A DNA stretch of 63,426 bases, the filler included, from Octopus bimaculoides (Eukaryota), in NCBI RefSeq assembly GCF_001194135.2. It is 7 parts of 6 records of this genome, joined end to end, with 100 filler letters (N's around TTAATTAATTAA, not from the genome) between each part and the next. Parts side by side here need not be neighbours in the genome. Positions count along the whole stretch, not along the records: positions 43,407 to 58,396 come from NC_068989.1; positions 58,497 to 60,661 come from NC_069004.1; positions 60,762 to 63,426 come from NC_068989.1; 4 more parts are not named here. One strand, written 5' to 3'. A program made the translations under genes and the position numbers. This document shows, piece after piece, positions 52,385 to 63,426 of the stretch (the first letter of the stretch is position 1; every line of letters starts with the position of its first letter). The notes under the pieces were generated by a model. That model had not been told where the DNA came from and did not search any database. It saw only the letters and a list, made by a program, of their open reading frames with translations.

Positions 52385-52515
52385 ATGACGAGTTTCTTTT
52401 AATTTCTGTGTAGCAAATATACTCACGAGGCTTTAATCGGCCCGAGGCTATAGAAAAAGACACTTAGCCAAGGCGTCACGCAGTGAGACTCAACTCCGAA
52501 CCATGTAGTTGGGAG
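52385..52515 (-). mobile_element. CORE-like SINE head
   Basis: GACACTTAGCCAAGG..GAGACTCAACTCCGAACC on plus strand. Confidence 0.7.
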
Positions 52516-52884
52516 ATAATAGAAAGTGTAGAAACCTAGGTATATCATGAACCTTAGGACTCACACACCCATGATAGATACATACATCATGTAAAAGAAA
52601 ACGCATTTACGATTCAGGAACAGTAGATAACAACTAGATACCTAATCATTAAGAAAGTTACGGTTGCTCTAAACCTCTACGTTCTGATACAAAATATAGA
52701 TTTTGTTATATCAAAATAGAAGATATAACCCTTATTAACGGCTACCCCCAGTTCGTAAGGTACTATCTTCCCTTGAAACAATAACATTGTTGCCGAAACC
52801 ACTCACAATGCCATCCGTTGGAAGGGTTGTCTTGATGGTTATATGAAAGGCCCATCAGAACTATAATGTATCTATACCTTTAGA

Positions 52885-53270
52885 ATATAGAATACTGGTG
52901 GAACACCCGGATGCATACAGAAACCATATGCAAGCACAACAGATTCGATATTGTTTCATGAGACATAAAGTCGGCTGGGAAAATGGATGTCTCGTCTAAA
53001 GTTAGAGGAAAAGTAAATTGTAATGGATCATGGAACGAGGCATAAGTGGTGAGTGGGAGGAAGGAAGGAGACGAGATTGATAAAGATCGAGAATTAAAGT
53101 AGCGAGCTGGAAACAAGTAGAACGGATGGTGATATGCATTATGCAATGACAGATACGCATGAAAGCAGGGAAATGCCAGAATATTTCAAGAAAGAATAAA
53201 CTAGATTAACAGGCACCCTCTAAAGCCAATCGGTTAGTGGTGTAGTGAAGATGGGTAAAACATTCCGAAG
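52885..53270 (+). mobile_element. Decayed RLE fragment of the 39061-40146 type
   Basis: EYWWNTRMHTETICKHNRFDIV ... SGVVKMGKTF. Confidence 0.55.
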
Positions 53271-53489
53271 AATCTATCTTTGAGTTTCCATAGATAGACA
53301 CATATATATCCTGTGCATATATAGCATGTACACATATATAATAAAAACTAATTACGTAGACATTACATGATTGTAAACATATCTGTAGATGCATCTACAT
53401 ATATGCACACAGTATCACATACTGAGCCATTTGAGGAAAGGTAGTTTTATCTAGGTTGGCCTAAAGGTGTTTGTTATTTGTTACATTTG

Positions 53490-53850
53490 TGGAGGCACAA
53501 TGGCTCAATGGTTAGGACAGCGGACTTGCGGTCATAGGAGTGGCTGTGTGGTAAGTAGCTTGCTTACCAACCACATTGTTCCNNNNNNNNNNNNNNNNNN
53601 NNNNNNNNNNNNNNNNNNNNNNNNNNNNNNNNNNNNNNNNNNNNNNNNNNNNNNNNNNNNNNNNNNNNNNNNNNNNNNNNNNACACACACACACACACAC
53701 ATGATGAGCTTCTTTTCATTTCCGTCTACAATATCCCCTCACTTGACTTTGGTCGGCCCGAGACTACAGTAGAAGGCACGTGTCTTAGGTGCCACGCAGT
53801 GAGGCTGAACACGGAGCCATGCGGTTGGGAAGCAAGATTCTTATCACTTA
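53490..53850. mobile_element. Opposed CORE-like SINE heads flanking a gap
   Basis: Plus heads at 53490-53582, minus head at 53700-53850. Confidence 0.6.
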
Positions 53851-54274
53851 ACTACGTTTGCGCGTGGTAAAAATACAGACGTAAACTACTGGAAAAAATA
53901 GACAGCGCCCACGTTTACTTTCCAGCAATTGCTGTGGGATAAATAGAAAGGAAAATGTGGGGAACCCTCTGCTTTCAAATGTTACTCGACCTGTTAGAGA
54001 TTATAGGCAAAATTACTCTCAGAATCACACACTAATGTCTCACAAAAAAAAAGAATATTTGAGAATGTGGTCCACTAAATGGAAGGAAAACAATACAGAT
54101 GCGATGGTCACGATCGGAATGTCTTTGATTTTAAGGCTGCTAGATCAAAGGCGAACAGGGAATTTAAACACCACACAGTAGAAATATCAGAAGAGTTAAG
54201 TGAAATTCACATATTTTTATCGTGCTTATTAGATTGTGGTGAGAATCATTTATAGATTATAATGAGAAGCTTGC

Positions 54275-54435
54275 ATGGCGCATGCATGGCTGTGCGTTTA
54301 AAAAGTTCGCTTCGCAACTATATGGCTTGGATTCCGGGTTCACCAATACTTTGTGAGTGAATTTGGTAGAGGAAAATTGTGGAAGGACGCCGTATATTTT
54401 CATATATATATATATATATACATACATACATATAT
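54275..54435 (+). mobile_element. CORE-like SINE 5' half into (TA)n
   Basis: Head, then TTGTGAGTGAATTTGGTAGAGGAAA, then (TA)n and gap. Confidence 0.7.
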
Positions 54436-55098
54436 NNNNNNNNNNNNNNNNNNNNNNNNNNNNNNNNNNNNNNNNNNNNNNNNNNNNNNNNNNNNNNNNN
54501 NNNNNNNNNNNNNNNNNNNNNNNNNNNNNNNNNNNNNNNNNNNNNNNNNNNNNNNNNNNNNNNNNNNNNNNNNNNNNNNNNNNNNNNNNNNNNNNNNNNN
54601 NNNNNNNNNNNNNNNNNNNNNNNNNNNNNNNNNNNNNNNNNNNNNNNNNNNNNNNNNNNNNNNNNNNNNNNNNNNNNNNNNNNNNNNNNNNNNNNNNNNN
54701 NNNNNNNNNNNNNNNNNNNNNNNNNNNNNNNNNNNNNNNNNNNNNNNNNNNNNNNNNNNNNNNNNNNNNNNNNNNNNNNNNNNNNNNNNNNNNNNNNNNN
54801 NNNNNNNNNNNNNNNNNNNNNNNNNNNNNNNNNNNNNNNNNNNNNNNNNNNNNNNNNNNNNNNNNNNNNNNNNNNNNNNNNNNNNNNNNNNNNNNNNNNN
54901 NNNNNNNNNNNNNNNNNNNNNNNNNNNNNNNNNNNNNNNNNNNNNNNNNNNNNNNNNNNNNNNNNNNNNNNNNNNNNNNNNNNNNNNNNNNNNNNNNNNN
55001 NNNNNNNNNNNNNNNNNNNNNNNNNNNNNNNNNNNNNNNNNNNNNNNNNNNNNNNNNNNNNNNNNNNNNNNNNNNNNNNNNNNNNNNNNNNNNNNNNN

Positions 55099-55293
55099 TG
55101 GTCTTCGAAACGTCTAGATAGAATAGAGACAGCTGATGAAGGGATATTCCAAGGAGCTTTCCGTTTTCCTATGTGTTCGTTCCGTTGTCTGTAGTTTATT
55201 GTTCTAACGTCCTGTACCCTGATATGCATGTATATACACATGTAGATGTAAGTATGTACATATATGTGTGTATACATGTATATATATTCTTTG

Positions 55294-55330
<37 letters not shown>
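55099..55330 (+). mobile_element. (TA)n-associated repeat with hammerhead core words
   Basis: GAAACGTC at 55107-55114, CTGATGA at 55133-55139; 3' part matches 18264 and 38633 copies. Confidence 0.6.
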
Positions 55331-55332
<2 letters not shown>

Positions 55333-55423
55333 TTAATAAGTCGTATGGATTAGAGCTGGTAGTTTTTTTTCCGCTGTATTGTGTATTTGTTTCTTTTAGT
55401 ATGTGAAATTTGTTATTGATCCG

Positions 55424-55671
55424 CTATAATAATGAAGCCGTATCACTTAATCTACTGCTTTTGTATACACATGCCAAGAAGAAAGTTTACGGAACAGATG
55501 TTATTTTAAGAAGACACCTCTTCAAATCACCTGCCTTATCAGTGTATCGGTCGGTGTAGGTGTGTCTCCTCAGGCGATTTCAAGAGGTATCTCCTTAAAA
55601 TCTCCGCATAATTTCTTCTTGGCATGTGTATACAAAACAGCAGATTAAGGGATATAGCTTCATCATTATAG
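55424..55671. repeat. Inverted repeat (arms about 100-110 bp, 37-bp spacer)
   Basis: 55424-55533 pairs with 55571-55671; perfect core TTTTGTATACACATGCCAAGAAGAAA. Confidence 0.9.
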
Positions 55672-55756
55672 AAGCTCAATTACAAATACCATATGCAAAA
55701 AGAAATAAATACACCACACAGCTAAAAAATGTACTATACGATATATTAACTAATAA

Positions 55757-55797
<41 letters not shown>

Positions 55798-55865
55798 TAC
55801 GCACACATACACACACATATATATAAATACACATAGACTTAAGTATATCTGAATGTTATATTTGT

Positions 55866-55924
<59 letters not shown>

Positions 55925-56063
55925 TTATCAATACACATTCACATATATGTATCTGCTCGTAGATACTATATTTGTGAGTATATACCTATATTGTTTGTTT
56001 AGAATGCATCTGTGCACATCTATCCACTCATCCATCCATCTATGTAATTGTCAGTCTGTCTTC

Positions 56064-56112
<49 letters not shown>

Positions 56113-56245
56113 TCTCTTTCTCTCTCTCTATCTCTCTTTCTATTTGTCTATCTAACCATGTGTGTGTGTATGTATATATACTTTTAAGTTTCTGAGTGAT
56201 TCACTGTTTGTGTGTGTGTGTGTGTGTGTGTGCATGCGTGTGTGC

Positions 56246-56281
<36 letters not shown>

Positions 56282-56968
56282 CTGGTACTGCCTGTGATGT
56301 TCTATGTGCATGTGTGAGTATATGTATTTTTATTCCTCAAAATACTTCTTCCACATTCTTCTGTCGCACGCTCCGACTTATTTAGAAAAAGACCACCACA
56401 AACCGCATCGTAAACACTGGTTGAAACTCCACTTCTACAGTCGTTATTATATTTACCTATATATTACATATTGAGTACTATACTCTTCCTCGTGTATAAC
56501 AATAATATATATATACATGCATGGATGATGACTGTAACACGATCTCGAGCAATGTCATTGCTTGATTGTTCTCTTAAGCAGCAAGGCTGTCGCTCTTCTG
56601 CTCTCCTACATAGCCATTCACTTTTGCGCGGATGTGGAAGCGATAAGCACCTCTTACAGCAGATGTTAAGAGAGCTTACCACACCCGCTAATACATGTCC
56701 TCATTCTATCATGAAATGTTTCATTGAGTCGTTTTTCTTTTTCGGTTACGGACAGTCATAGTATGCAACAAATAACAAAGATATTACAAATCATGTGGTG
56801 CCGATTCGTGAATTATTTTAAAGTGAGGAAAGCCTATACAGAGCCAGTCTCACTTTCTGAACAAAGTATTCGTTTTCTCCAAAAGAAGAACTAGTTCACA
56901 TCATTGGATGTCAAAGAAGTCGTACGTTTTATATCAAAGTTTTCCTTCTTTCAGGGATCTGTTTAAAC

Positions 56969-57219
56969 TAGTGGTTCTCAACCGGGGTCCCGATAATCGT
57001 GGGTCCATATAAGATTTTGTTGTTAAAGTTCATATGCAACATATTGGTTTTACCTCTACGATATACAATATTTTAACAATTTTTTTTCTTATAAGTACCA
57101 ATAATATTTTAATATAAATATAATGAAATTTTTTTCAAATATCTTATGGATATAGGGGTCCAGGTAAGTGAAATAGGAAACAAAAGTGTCTATTAGCAAA
57201 AAGTAGTTGAGAACCACTA
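56969..57219. mobile_element. Complete hAT-type MITE
   Basis: 14-bp TIRs TAGTGGTTCTCAAC / GTTGAGAACCACTA; 8-bp TSD GTTTAAAC / GTTTAAAT. Confidence 0.9.
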
Positions 57220-57249
57220 GTTTAAATAAAGACTGTTTGATCTAGCCAA

Positions 57250-57515
57250 AGTGACTGCGAAGATTCGGCAGAGAAGAATGAGAATTGCTGGTCACTGTGT
57301 CAGGTACCCAGAAGAATCTGTGTGTCAACTGGTCTAATAGTAGTCAGTTGAAGGAAGATTCAACAGGGTAAGAAAACGTCTAACGAATGTGGTCAACTTG
57401 CTTCGGGACAGAGGAATAACAAATGTTGAATTAAGAACATGCGCAGGAAACCGTGGAAATTGGCGTGTTCGCGTGAAATCATTGAAGCATCCACTCAGGA
57501 GGAGGTCTAAACTAA
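57250..57515 (+). mobile_element. RTE-group LINE C-terminal fragment
   Basis: KIRQRRMRIAGHCVRYPEE...NRGNWR. Confidence 0.7.
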
Positions 57516-57749
57516 CAGCTTGTCACTCTCGGTTGCTGGATAGGTGTTGACACTGCTCAGTCCATCCACCCTTTGAGAGGTTTTGTTTTTCGATCTGCAT
57601 GGAGTCCAGCGAAAACTACCCACCTTACCAAGCAGGTTTGGTAGGATTGCCCGCTTTTATCGCCGGATGCACGTCCATGCGCAAATGTGTTACGTGTTAC
57701 CGGGAGAACTAAGAATAGCCTGGCATGCATAGATATCTTTTATCGTTTA

Positions 57750-57910
57750 CTTGTTCGTTCATTTGACTTCAGCCATGCTGTGGTACCGCCTTGGAGGGTT
57801 TTAAGTCGAACTAATCGAACGCAGGACTTACATTTTTCTTTAGCTGAACCGCTAATTTACAAGAACGTAAAAACACCAACACCGGTTATCAAACATCGAG
57901 GAAATAGACA
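57750..57910 (-). mobile_element. CORE-like SINE 3' tail
   Basis: CAGCCATGCTGTGGTACCGCC...GCTGAACCGCTAA. Confidence 0.7.
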
Positions 57911-58396
57911 CAAATGTACATATATACACACGCATATATGCACGCACACACACAACAGTTACATACAAACAAACACACACACACACACATACACACACGC
58001 ACACACACACACAGGCACACATACAGATACACAGGCACACATAGACACACAGAGGTTGCGATGGGTAAATTGTCGCCATTTCATACTTCTAATTTCTCGC
58101 ATGCGCATTGTTAGGTCTTGATTTTGTCGACTACGCAGTATAGAAGGGTCAGATGCGCACCGTCTGTGAGAAAACGAGCACCATGATGCAATTCACTTTG
58201 CCAGAAATTTGGAAACGGCATGCTGTACTGCTTGGCATTCGCGCCGGAAGTTCCAATGCGAACATTTCAGGAAGCTCCAATGCGAACATTTCAGAGTGCT
58301 AGGGTGTCAATCTGAGGACAGTGAAACCTGAGGATATGTACCGAGAGTGATAAAAATCAAACACATACACACACATACACACACACAGTGACACAC

Positions 58397-58496
58397 NNNN
58401 NNNNNNNNNNNNNNNNNNNNNNNNNNNNNNNNNNNNNNNNTTAATTAATTAANNNNNNNNNNNNNNNNNNNNNNNNNNNNNNNNNNNNNNNNNNNN
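58397..58496. other. Artificial 100-bp assembly spacer
   Basis: 44 N + TTAATTAATTAA + 44 N. Confidence 0.9.
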
Positions 58497-58988
58497 ATAT
58501 ATATATATATAAAAGTAAATGTATGTGTGTGTGTATGTCGTAGGCAGTACATCACACCTTTCAGAAAGCAATCTGACTAATTGCTAAAGATTAACTCACT
58601 GACATACTCCGCCTCCTCCGTTCCTCTCGACTTATAAATTATATACCATCTCTGTCATGGCCGTCCTCCCGTTCTTTCTGATATGATTCACCCCTCAATC
58701 CACCAGACACTCCTTTCGTCCTATTTCATCTGCAAATTGTACTCCTCTGCTATTCCGCATTCCTACAAACACACGCGCACACACACACACACACACACGT
58801 ACATACATACATACATACATACATACANNNNNNNNNNNNNNNNNNNNNNNNNNNNNNNNNNNNNNNNNNNNNNNNNNNNNNNNNNNNNNNNNNNNNNNNN
58901 NNNNNNNNNNNNNNNNNNNNNNNNNNNAGATTTTAAATGTTGCCACAATAGTAATATGTTCATTCTGCTGTAATTTTATATATTCTTG

Positions 58989-59076
58989 TGCAGCTGAAGA
59001 TTACTCAGCATTTTGCATTTAATGTAGTGCTCGCATTACTTAAATAAATGGAGTAGCATGAAACGTGCGTACTGCA
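58989..59076 (+). ncRNA. Candidate minimal type I hammerhead ribozyme
   Basis: TGCAG-CTGAAGA-(TACTC..GAGTA)-GAAA-C[GTGC]G-TA-CTGCA. Confidence 0.55.
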
Positions 59077-59106
59077 ATAACCTTTAAAATCCGTGTTGCT
59101 TTTTTG

Positions 59107-59137
<31 letters not shown>

Positions 59138-59940
59138 TCAAGTACAGAATATCACATAATGAGAGAGTAGTACGGGACAAACTATCAAAAGAAGTTTAAA
59201 CCCTCCTCAGTCGACTGTTTCGAGCTTTCAACAACAAGACAGGAAACCTTCATAAAACAGCAGCATCCAGAAATTTTTTATATACAAAATTTTTGGAGAA
59301 TTAGAGCTTCGAACGAACAAACAACGACAGAGTGGATGTACAGAGTAAACAATCAACGAAGACAAACATTAAGGGACGTTAGGTCAAGACGCATTGTTAT
59401 GGGTAACGCCTGGGAGAAGTGTTGAAAGGATAGAGAATAAATAGAAGAGAAGAAAATTGCAGAGGAGAAAAAAAAATGTCGGAAGGCGAGAAAACTAACG
59501 TCTATCTATGTGGACGTCGCCTCCAGAAAAGACAGACGTGAGAGGAATGACCTGTAGTCACGTGGGAGAAAACAAGCAGAGGAGGAGGGGGACAAGAGAG
59601 AGAATGAGGGAAAGAAAGAAAGGGAATGAGAAGGGAGAAGGAACGAAAGGTGGTAGGAAGTGGAAGAAAGATAGACAGAAGACAGTAAAGAAGGAGTAAG
59701 AGAAACGGAAAATAAAGAGGATTAAAGAAAGAAAGAAAGGGAAAAGAGAATAGAGTCGTAGGAATTATAAATAAAAGTCAAATCTTGCAGTGGACAAGGC
59801 AGCGTGACGTTCGATTATAAATAAATAGATATAAAATGCATCAAGTACAGGACATAACCAACGAGTGAAAAATACGCAAGCACTTAATGAGAGACAAGTA
59901 CGGGACAAAATACCACAAGAAGTCTAATCCCACCTCCTCA

Positions 59941-60172
59941 GTTGGCCAATAAGTCACGTGACAGTAAATCAAAACCATTTAATTCCAAGATTTATTTATG
60001 TTTAACGATTGAATAAAGTTTTTTAAAAAAGCATCTAAATACGAAACATCGTGAAGACTGTTCAAACTGAAGTCCTTCTTGAGCCACACATTTTTCCATT
60101 CGAGTCAATACGGAATTACAGATAGCATTTATGGAATTTTGATTTACAGTCGGGTGACTTTTGGCCAACCCT
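59941..60172. mobile_element. Tc1/mariner-derived MITE
   Basis: TIRs GTTGGCCAATAAGTCAC..GTAAATCAAAA / TTTTGATTTAC..GTGACTTTTGGCCAAC; remnant RMEKCVAQEGLQFEQ; end fragment also at 19245-19320. Confidence 0.75.
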
Positions 60173-60661
60173 ATATATATATGTGTGTGTATATTAAATT
60201 TATTGTTGTCAAGCATGTGATATTTGTTATCAAATAAACGCTCGTCGATGAAATTGAGGCTTTTATTCATCGTAGCTTCTGTATTACGATTAAAAAATAT
60301 ATTTCAATTATGTATTGGCATAAAACATCCTTAATCCGGGAACAAGTCCAAAATTGGCAACAGTTGCCGAGTAGTTGCCATCAAGTATTTATACACTTCT
60401 CCCGGTTCCACTCTCTCTCTCTCTCTCTCTCTCTCCTGATCTGTCTGTCTATCTATCTTTTCTCCTAAATACTGTTTTTCTCATATAGCGCATACACGAA
60501 TCTGTTCATGAATGTTTAATAAAAATCGAATATCGATATACATTCGAACAAAGAACACATACTTTACATATGTATGCATGCGTGTGTATGTGCGCACAAG
60601 ATTGTATGCGGACATGTATGTGTATGTACGCGTATGTATGTGTATGTAAATATATATATAT

Positions 60662-60761
60662 NNNNNNNNNNNNNNNNNNNNNNNNNNNNNNNNNNNNNNN
60701 NNNNNTTAATTAATTAANNNNNNNNNNNNNNNNNNNNNNNNNNNNNNNNNNNNNNNNNNNN
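60662..60761. other. Artificial 100-bp assembly spacer
   Basis: 44 N + TTAATTAATTAA + 44 N. Confidence 0.9.
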
Positions 60762-60879
60762 ATATATATATATATATATATAGATATACATATACATATA
60801 TATAGTATAGATATATACATATGCATACATACATACACACACAGACACACACTCAGATATATACAGAGAAGAAACTCTA

Positions 60880-61695
60880 CTCCGCTTGGAATTACATGGT
60901 CAGTTTCACCGTGAAACTAACAAATTAAAAGACCAGGAAACATCATGGAAGTAGCTCAGTAAGGGTGACCTTAAAAACGGGATTGCCCAGGTTCAGGCAT
61001 TAAATATCAACTGAATGAAACGGGATGTATACCACACAAATGCAACGAACCTCTGCAGAATATGTAGGAAGAGGGTCGAAAGCGTGACTCACACTGTTAG
61101 TGCTTTTGAAAGTCTTGCGCAGAATGAGTACAAGCGCAGACACGACAAGGCAGCCCAAAACTTTCACTGGCTTCTATGTCGGAAGTATGGATACGAGGTA
61201 ACGGGTGTTTGGTACCAACATAAACGGGAAAAGGTAATGAACGGAAAGGGGGAAAGCAAAGATCCTGTGGGACTTTGGCTTTCAAACAAAGTGTTTGAGC
61301 ACCGAAGGCCGGATATAGTAACTTTTTGGAGGGACAAACAAGAATGCCTAATAATCGATGTCAGGAGATCAACATGAAGGAAAGAGAAAAGATTGATAAA
61401 TATGGAGACCTGAGGACTGAGATCGCCAAGATGTGGCAGCCACGTGAGTCAAACATAAGGGTTGTCCCTGTTGTCATCGGAGTATTGGTGTCAATACCAC
61501 CCAACCTGAAAAAATATCTGGAAGTTTTGGAAATACCCTACAATCTAGGTGTATTGCAAACAATCGGCATTACTTGGAACTGCCCGCATATTGCGTAAAG
61601 TACTGTCTGTCTGAGGTCCTTGTTGTGAGTTGACAAAAGGTACAAACCGCCGGTAGACAAGAATATCTTCAATCAGCAACTCACGGTATGTCTTA

Positions 61696-61696
<1 letters not shown>
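60880..61696 (+). mobile_element. R4/Dong-like 3' fragment ending in (TAA)n
   Basis: LHGQFHRE, CRICRKRVESVTH, YKRRHDK, HRRPDIV, EKIDKYGDL, VVPVVIG; 3' end abuts (AAT)n at 61697. Confidence 0.92.
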
Positions 61697-61751
<55 letters not shown>

Positions 61752-61997
61752 CAAAAACATCAACAACAACAACAGCAGCAGCAACAACAACAATAATAAT
61801 TCTTCGCAGAGTTCTTGTAGCATGACCAGTAAACAAGTGTCACAGCTGATACTTTCCATCATACCCAGCAAAATAAACTGAGTTTTAAAATATAATAATA
61901 ACGACAATGATAATAATAATGATGATGATGATAGCGGTGATGATGATGATGATGATATGTATGGGTATATGGGAAATTTAAGTTTAGATAGAGAGAT

Positions 61998-62042
<45 letters not shown>

Positions 62043-62827
62043 GGGAAAGAGGAAAGAAGCTGGAAAGTGAAATAATAAAATTTACTGTGCCATGTTTTTG
62101 CATGAAACACAATGAATAATAATTACGTAAGACAATGTCGGACACTCGGCTGTCAGAAGCTTTTAGATAAGGTGATGGCGTATAAGACGAAATATAAGAC
62201 GATGCCAAAAGAAGCTTTCTTTTTTTCTCTCTGCTTCGTACGTGTCTGTTTATTTGTGTGTGTGTTTATGTGTGTGTGTTTGTGTGTGTGAGTGCGTGCA
62301 ATGTGTGTCTGTATACGTAAAGAGAGAAAAAGAGAAAGGGTGAAAGAGAGAAAGACTTGTCTGAATGTATTTATCTTGCCTGACTATATATATACATGAG
62401 TCTGTGTGTGTGTGTTTGTGTGTGTGTGCTTGTATGTGTGTTCATGTGTGTGTGCGTGTGTGTGTGTGTTTGTGTGTGCGTGTGTGTTTGTGTGTGTGTG
62501 TGTGTGTATGTGTATTTCATTTTCTTTTTCGTTTTTTTTTTCTTCAGTCATTGGACAGCGGCCATGCTGGGATACGGCTATATTTATTCATTTCTCCTAT
62601 GTTAAATTTATTTAAAAAAAACAGATTATTTTGCTATAAAGCAAAAAACAAACAACAAAAATGCGCTGAATCTTATGTATAAAACGAAGCTGTACCACGT
62701 GTATTCCCAGCATTGTTATACCAGGACGGCCGTTTCTACTCACAATATTGCATATTATTTTATCAAACTATATGGTGCTTCATATATGAAATAAAGACGA
62801 TACTTGGTGTCGCTTTGGTAGCATCAG

Positions 62828-62914
62828 TAACAGGAAGAAGTTGGTCTTTTGCGCTAGTAAGCCATTAATTAAATTAATGGCTTACTAGCGCAAAAGACCA
62901 ACTTCCTCCTGTTA
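62828..62914. repeat. 87-bp near-perfect palindrome
   Basis: 43-bp arms, 42/43 matching, 1-nt spacer. Confidence 0.97.
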
Positions 62915-63426
62915 GTTTTCTTCCATTTTCTTCTTGCATATAATTTAAACTACGGTTTACCCGCTGAATTACCTGCTACCGTATACCTTTTACCAAGGAC
63001 TGTACCTACGCAGGTAATCACCAGGAGTGCCTTTGGATTTAACCATCCCTTAGAGGTTTTAAACACCTCTAACTTATACCTACACACACACACAAATATA
63101 TAAGAAAATCTAGAAAATGGAGATGTAGCATTAATATAATTTATTAACTGCAAAAATCCAACATATTCTTTTACAGCTGTTTCAATTATGCCTAAAGACT
63201 AAAATAGCTATTATTAGACCATTATATTAGGCAAATTTGTATGTCTTATGTATGTATTCTCATGTATATAGTTACATATCTAGATATACTCATAGATATT
63301 TAAATGATAAACTTCTGTATGTACGTACGTACGTATGTATGTATGTATGTATGTATGTATGTATGTATGTATGTATGTATGCATGTATGTATGTATGTGT
63401 GTGTGTATGTATGTACGTACGTAGTA

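Noticed and set aside
58311-58335. CTGAGGAcagtGAAAC hammerhead-like words
   Set aside because: No stem II pairing and no NUH/stem I.

Overview
This is a eukaryotic, AT-rich, repeat-saturated draft-assembly window. The SINE, LINE and microsatellite content points to an octopus genome (inference). No complete protein-coding gene or RNA gene is visible, and nearly all ORFs in the supplied track are microsatellite or N-gap artefacts. The window contains three kinds of tRNA-derived SINE (Meta-like, CORE-like with an internal microsatellite, Deu/Nin-like). It also has decayed LINEs (CR1-group, RTE, Tx1/L1, and R4/Dong-like RLE elements sitting in (TAA)n arrays), Tc1/mariner, hAT and piggyBac-like relics, a 46-bp minisatellite, and six artificial 100-bp spacers (44N-TTAATTAATTAA-44N). 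Most notable: (1) several minimal hammerhead-ribozyme motifs, best at 58989-59076, two of them at or near long inverted repeats, suggesting Penelope-like repeats; (2) a CpG-depleted block at about 20-38 kb with phase-compatible candidate exons, including a possible 10-nt microexon; (3) Dong-like LINEs stacked in (TAA)n; (4) a CR1-group LINE sharing its 3' end with the CORE-like SINE; (5) a DD36E Tc1-like transposase; (6) an 87-bp near-perfect palindrome; (7) a probable local misassembly at 41.2-43.3 kb. All family names come from motif recognition by eye, not from database searches.
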